Shown in pieces: positions 59,001-64,000 of a stretch of DNA of 64,000 nucleotides. Under the pieces are notes generated by a model. That model was not told the DNA's origin. It saw nothing but the letters and a program-made list of their open reading frames with translations, and searched no databases. The stretch comes from Macrostomum lignano (taxonomy: Eukaryota), in contig NIVC01000702.1 of NCBI GenBank assembly GCA_002269645.1, positions 186,001 to 250,000 of the forward strand, read 5' to 3'. Numbering within the stretch: position 1 is the first letter of the stretch; every line of letters begins with the position of its first letter. The translations under genes and the position numbers were made by a program.

Positions 59001-62000
59001 ATAATTTATCTAACATGTCCCTTCACTGTCTAACAGACTAACATAATTTATCTAACATGTCCCTTCACTGTCTAACAGACTAACATAATTTATCTAACAT
59101 GTCCCTTCACTGTCTAACAGACTAACATAATTTATCTAACATGTTCCTTTACTGTCTAACAGACTAACATAATTTATCTAACATGTTCCTTCACTGTCTA
59201 ACAGACTAACATAATTTATCTAACATGTTCCTTTACTGTATAACAGACTAACATAATTTATCTAACATGTTCCTTTACTGTCTAACAAACTAACATAATT
59301 TATCTAACATGTCCTTCACTGTCTAACAGACTAATTTATCTAACATGTTTCTTCAATGTCTAACAGACTAACATAATTTATCTAACACGTTCCTTCACTG
59401 TCTAACAGACTAACATAATTTATCTAACATGTCCCTTCACTGTCTAACAGACTAACATAATTTATCTAACATGTTCCTTCACTGTCTAACAGACTAACAT
59501 AATTTATCTAACATGTTCCTTCACTGTCTAACAACTAACATAATTTATCTAACATGTTCCTTCACTGTCTAACAGACTAATTTATCTAACATGTTTCTTC
59601 AATGTCTAACAGACTAACATAATTTATCTAACACGTTCCTTCACTGTCTAACAGACTAATTTATCTAACATGTCCCTTCACTGTCTAACAGACTAACATA
59701 ATTTATCTAACATGTTCCTTCACTGTCTAACAGACTAACATAATTTATCTAACATGTTCCTTCACTGTCTAACAGACTAACATAATTTATCTAACATGTT
59801 CCTTCACTGTCTAACAGACTAATTTATCTAACATGTTCCTTCACTGTCTAACAGACTAATTTATCTAACATGTTTCTTCAATGTCTAACAGACTAAAATA
59901 ATTTATCGAACATGTTCCTTCCCTGTCTAAAAGACTTACATAATTTATCTAATATGTTCCATATCTGTCTAACAAAATGGATTTGTTACATAACAGGTCA
60001 GACTCGTGTGTCTAACAGATAAATTTTTCCTAAATCAATTTAGGATTATTAATTATTTAATTAGAGATTATTGCAGTGCTACTCTTATTCAGTAGGCTGG
60101 GCGCGTATGTGTGCATTTAAATGTTTTTTATCGTAAATTTATTGTGAAATTCCATAGATTGCGCAATATCAGTGTGTAGCAATATTTTGCGTGTTCATGT
60201 ATGAAAATGTTGCGCCAATCGGTTTGCGAGTTTAATACAGATGGCTGCTGCTCTTTTGCAAATGGAAATTTTCTAATAGCTCTGCGAGGTGCTTAGCATA
60301 AGAAATCGAAGAAGCACTTAAAACTCGAATTTTTTTATAGAGTGGCCCTGACCTGAAAAATGTGATTTTTCAAGAATTCATTGCGCATTATTGGATCTTC
60401 TTTCTGAAATAGGTATGCAATTCCTTTCGACTTTCCCTGCATTTCCTTTTCATCTCCCTGCATTTCCCTTTGATCTCCCTGCATTTCCCTTTGATCTCCC
60501 TGCATTTCCCTTTGATCTCCCTGCATTCCCCTTCACTCTCCCTGCATTTCCCTTCACTCTCCCTGCATTTCCCTTCACTCTCCCTTCATTTCCCTTTGAT
60601 CTCCCTGCATTTCCCTTTGATCTCCCTGCATTTCCCTTCACTCTCCCTGCATTTCCCTTCACTCTCCCTGCATTTCGCTTTGATCTCCCTGTATGTCCCT
60701 TTACTCTCCCTGCATTCTCTACATACAACTTCAAAAAAATAAACTTTAACTATGTCTAAATCATTCCGAAAGTTATAAATTTAAACCAATAAACAAAAAA
60801 TTTAAACAAAAAACTCACCCAACGATATCTTCTCTCCTGCATCCGGTGGCAGCATGAAGGTGAGTAGCGCCATGGAGGAGATTAACACGCAGGGGATTAT
60901 GAGATTAAACCCATAGTACAAAGTCCGTCGGCGGATGTTGATCCAGTACTTCAGATCGATGAACGGGAACGGGCAGCAGTCGTAAAGAAGAGCCGTTCTA
61001 ACGCCAGGCATGCCTGACAAAACAGGTTAACATTTTCCGGCTTTGATTTTTGCGCGTTATTTACGAGCGCACATTTTCAATTAAAAATATGTAGTGAGTG
61101 CTCTTAAAGGTTTTAAGCGTGTTTGCCGGTTTATTAAGTACAAAATGAACTTTGCAATGCTTTTTACGCTAGGCGCTTAAAGTTGCATTTTGTGCGAGAA
61201 TTGGTCGTCAATTTTAAGCAACGGTTAAACGATAACCTGAGATTCAGGAGACCTGAGATTCAGGAGACCTGAGATTCAGGAGACCTGAGATTCAGGAGAC
61301 CTGAGATTCAGGAGACCTGAGATTCAGGAGACCTGAGATTCAGGAGACCTGAGATTCAGGAGACCTGAGATTCAGGAGACCTGAGATTCAGGAGACCTGA
61401 GATTCAGGAGACCTGAGATTCAGGAGACCTGAGATTCAGGAGACCTGAGATTCAGGAGACCTGAGATTCAGGAGACCTGAGATTTAGGAGACCTGAGATT
61501 CAGGAGACCTGAGATTCAGGAGATCTGAGATTCAGGAGACCTGAGATTCAGGAGACCTGAGATTCAGGAGACCTGAGATTCAGGAGACCTGAGATTCAGG
61601 AGACCTGAGATTCAGGAGACCCAAGATTTTCCCATATTTTTCAGCCATCCGTCCTTTCCAAGAATCGCTAACCTATCAATCAATGCCACGTGACCTCAAA
61701 ACGAAATTTTTGTTTTACCGAAGCTGACTTTTTCCCCAGCATCCGGCGGTATGATGAAGCTGAGCAGGGCTAGCGAGGACAGAAACGAACAGGGGCCAAT
61801 TAAATTGAATACGTAATAAAGCTTGCGCCTGCGGATTAGCAGGTAGAATTTCAGATCGATATATGGATGGGGGCAGCAGTCGTATAGGATGCTGGTCCGC
61901 ACTCCCGGTAAACCTGCGTGCAAGTTGGACGAGTCAAAAATTTTTCTGGCTGGGCGAACATTAAAAAATGCCTGGATTTTTCGGCAATAAAACTGATTCT

Positions 62001-63125
62001 GAGATTTCAACACTTTGAGATTAAACCAATTACCGATTATTCACTGCCGAATATGCAGTTCAATTAAATGATTATAACCATATTAAAGTCTGATAAAAGA
62101 TCGTTGAACTAAGAAAATATTGTAAATGTGACATTTCATTCAACCAATGAATAGTCAGTCGGTCAATCAATCAATTAATCAATCAATCAAATCAATCAAT
62201 CAATCAGATCTATCAATCAATCAGATCAATCAATCAATCAGATCAATCAATCAATCAAATCAATCAATCAATCAGATCAATCAATCAATCAGATCAATCA
62301 ATCAATCAGATCAATCAATCAATCAGATCAATCAATCAATCAGATCAATCAATCAATCAGATCAATCAATCAATCAGATCAATCAATCAATCAGATCTAT
62401 CAATCAATCAGATCAATCAATCAAATAAATCAATCAATCAGATCTATCAATCAATCAGATCAATCAATCAATCAGATCAATCAATCAATCAAATCAATCA
62501 ATCAATCAGATCAATCAATCAATCAGATCAATCAATCAATCAGATCTATCAATCAATCAGATCAATCAATCAAATCAATCAATCAATCAGATCAATCAAT
62601 CAATCAGATCAATCAATCAAACAGATCAATCAATCAATCAGATCTATCAATCAATTAATGAATTAAATAACAAATCAATAAATTATCAAAGCGTACAATC
62701 AAACTACAAATTAATCAAGGGAAATAGCATTCGCTGTCAATAGATTATTACAATCTTTCACAATCTCTATTGTGAATCTCTATTACAATCTTATCAAGTT
62801 TTGCATACCTTCCAGGTTCCACTCGCCACTCTCAACATAAGTCGATATGTCGCCAGACCCTTTCTCCGAACAGTTTTTCGGGTCCTTCAGGATTTTCTCG
62901 GTCGTGTCCAGGTTGGGGTCGTCGCACTTGAACCGCAAATCCACGGTGCCCCCATCATAAGTCCAGGAGCCGAACTTCAACTCGCATTTCTGAGTATCGA
63001 ACGGAAACCAGGTGATGTCAATTTTGCAGGTGGACTTGAACATGCCAGGCGGGATGTAGTTCATGCTGCCGTAGTGATTTATGACCACATTCGTCGGAAA
63101 TGTGCCGTCGAACTTCTCGTCCGCG
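56046..63125 (-). CDS. CHRNA7-like: Nicotinic acetylcholine receptor alpha subunit (alpha7-like), 5' exons outside the window. Exons 63125-62809, [61913-61719 or 61013-60819], 58791-58705, 57631-57522, 57223-57004, 56410-56046
   Basis: SADEKFD..TNVV, Cys-loop [26 protein letters not shown], vicinal YDCC, PPDAGEK, TM2 [17 protein letters not shown]3 [39 protein letters not shown]4 [14 protein letters not shown]; all phases consistent. Confidence 0.95.
56428..57470. repeat. Degenerate 24-25-bp minisatellites (gagattatcctcgactctcatggt at 56428-56975; catgagattatcgctgaatccatct at 57305-57470) in two consecutive nAChR introns
   Basis: Direct. Confidence 0.88.
58860..59970. repeat. 42-bp minisatellite (ctaacagactaacataatttatctaacatgttccttcactgt) in a nAChR intron
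   Basis: Period 42 at 59041/59083. Confidence 0.94.
60430..60720. repeat. 21-bp minisatellite (cctgcatttccctttgatctc)
   Basis: Direct. Confidence 0.93.
60819..61013 (-). CDS. nAChR loop C/TM1 exon, copy B ([33 protein letters not shown])
   Basis: tgtcag|GC ... TTG G|gtgagt, 195 nt, phase 1-1. Confidence 0.93.
61236..61622. repeat. 16-bp hairpin minisatellite (cctgagattcaggaga) between the two duplicated nAChR exons
   Basis: Period 16, nearly homogeneous. Confidence 0.96.
61719..61913 (-). CDS. nAChR loop C/TM1 exon, copy A ([33 protein letters not shown])
   Basis: cacgcag|GT ... TTC G|gtaaaa, 195 nt, phase 1-1. Confidence 0.85.
62150..62655. repeat. (TCAA)n / atcaatcaatcag microsatellite in a nAChR intron
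   Basis: Direct. Confidence 0.95.
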
Positions 63126-63284
63126 CTGGGAATCCAAGAGGGATAATTATCCTCTAATTATTCTTGCCTTCTGGCTCGTGAACTTTAGAGCTGAAATATC
63201 GGATATATTCTGCAAAATCCAGAGATACTCTTTATTATGCCTAATATCTCGTAGAGGTGCGATACCAACTCATCTCAGGGTGAA

Positions 63285-64000
63285 ATTCTAATTGATTTCT
63301 AGGAATGAGATTCTCATTGATTTCTAAAAAGAAGATTCTAATTGATTTCTAGGAAAAATATTCGTATTGATTTCTAGGAAAAATATTCGTATTGATTTCT
63401 AGGAAAAATATTCGTATTGATTTCTAGGAAAAATATTCGTATTGATTTCTAGGAAAAATATTCGTATTGATTTCTAGGAAAAATATTCGTATTGATTTCT
63501 AGGAAAAATATTCTAGCTCGTAATTGATTTCCAGGAATGACATTTTCTTTGATTTCTAGGAATGAGATTCTAATTGATTTCTAGGAAAAAGATCCTAATT
63601 GATTTCTAGGAAAATAATTCTAATTGATTTCTAGGAAAATAATTCTAATTGATTTCTAGGAAAAATATTCTCATTGATTTCTAAGAATGATTGGATTCTC
63701 ATTGATGGCTAGGAAGATTCTATTTCATTTCTTGAAAAAATTCTTTTTGATTTCTAGGAAAAAGATTCTAATTGATTTCTAGGAAAAAGATCCTAATTTA
63801 TTTCTAGGAAAATAATTCTAATTGATTTCTAGGAATGAGATTCTCATTGATTTCTAGGAATGAGATTCTCATTGATTTCTAGGAATGAGATTCTCATTGA
63901 TTTCTAGGAATGAGATTCTCATTGATTTCTAGGAAAAAGATCCTAATTTATTTCTAGGAAAATAATTCTAATTGATTTCTAGGAATGAGATTCTCATTGA
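63285..64000. repeat. ~23-25-bp minisatellite (attgatttctaggaaaaatattcgt and variants) in a nAChR intron; continues past the window edge
   Basis: Direct. Confidence 0.93.

Overview
Eukaryotic (animal, invertebrate-type) genomic DNA with spliced genes whose longer introns are mostly filled by locus-specific mini- or microsatellites. This architecture is reminiscent of the flatworm Macrostomum lignano, but that is an inference and the species cannot be verified here. Six protein-coding genes can be reconstructed exon by exon with GT-AG boundaries: a RING/B-box/coiled-coil/beta-propeller (TRIM-NHL-like) protein (-), a complete four-module CCN protein (-), an effector caspase (+), RBM48 (+), a J-domain-less RJL/RBJ-family small GTPase (-), and the 3' part of an alpha7-like nicotinic acetylcholine receptor subunit (-). 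The centre of the window is a near-perfect ~9.04-kb tandem duplication (19388-28432 / 28432-37473). It includes the 3' part of a dead LOA/R1-group LINE (APE-RT-RNase H), and that LINE sits inside a small hAT-like element with TIRs and an 8-bp TSD. The most striking observation is a pair of tandemly duplicated 195-nt, phase 1-1 exons in the nAChR gene. Each encodes loop C, TM1 and the PPDAGEK channel-mouth linker, so they are candidate mutually exclusive exons, separated by an array of 16-bp hairpins. Other notable items are a satellite made of AG|GTGAG recursive-splice-like motifs upstream of RBM48 and a satellite made of consensus NF-Y sites in RBM48 intron 1. All gene and family calls are by motif recognition only; no database search was run.
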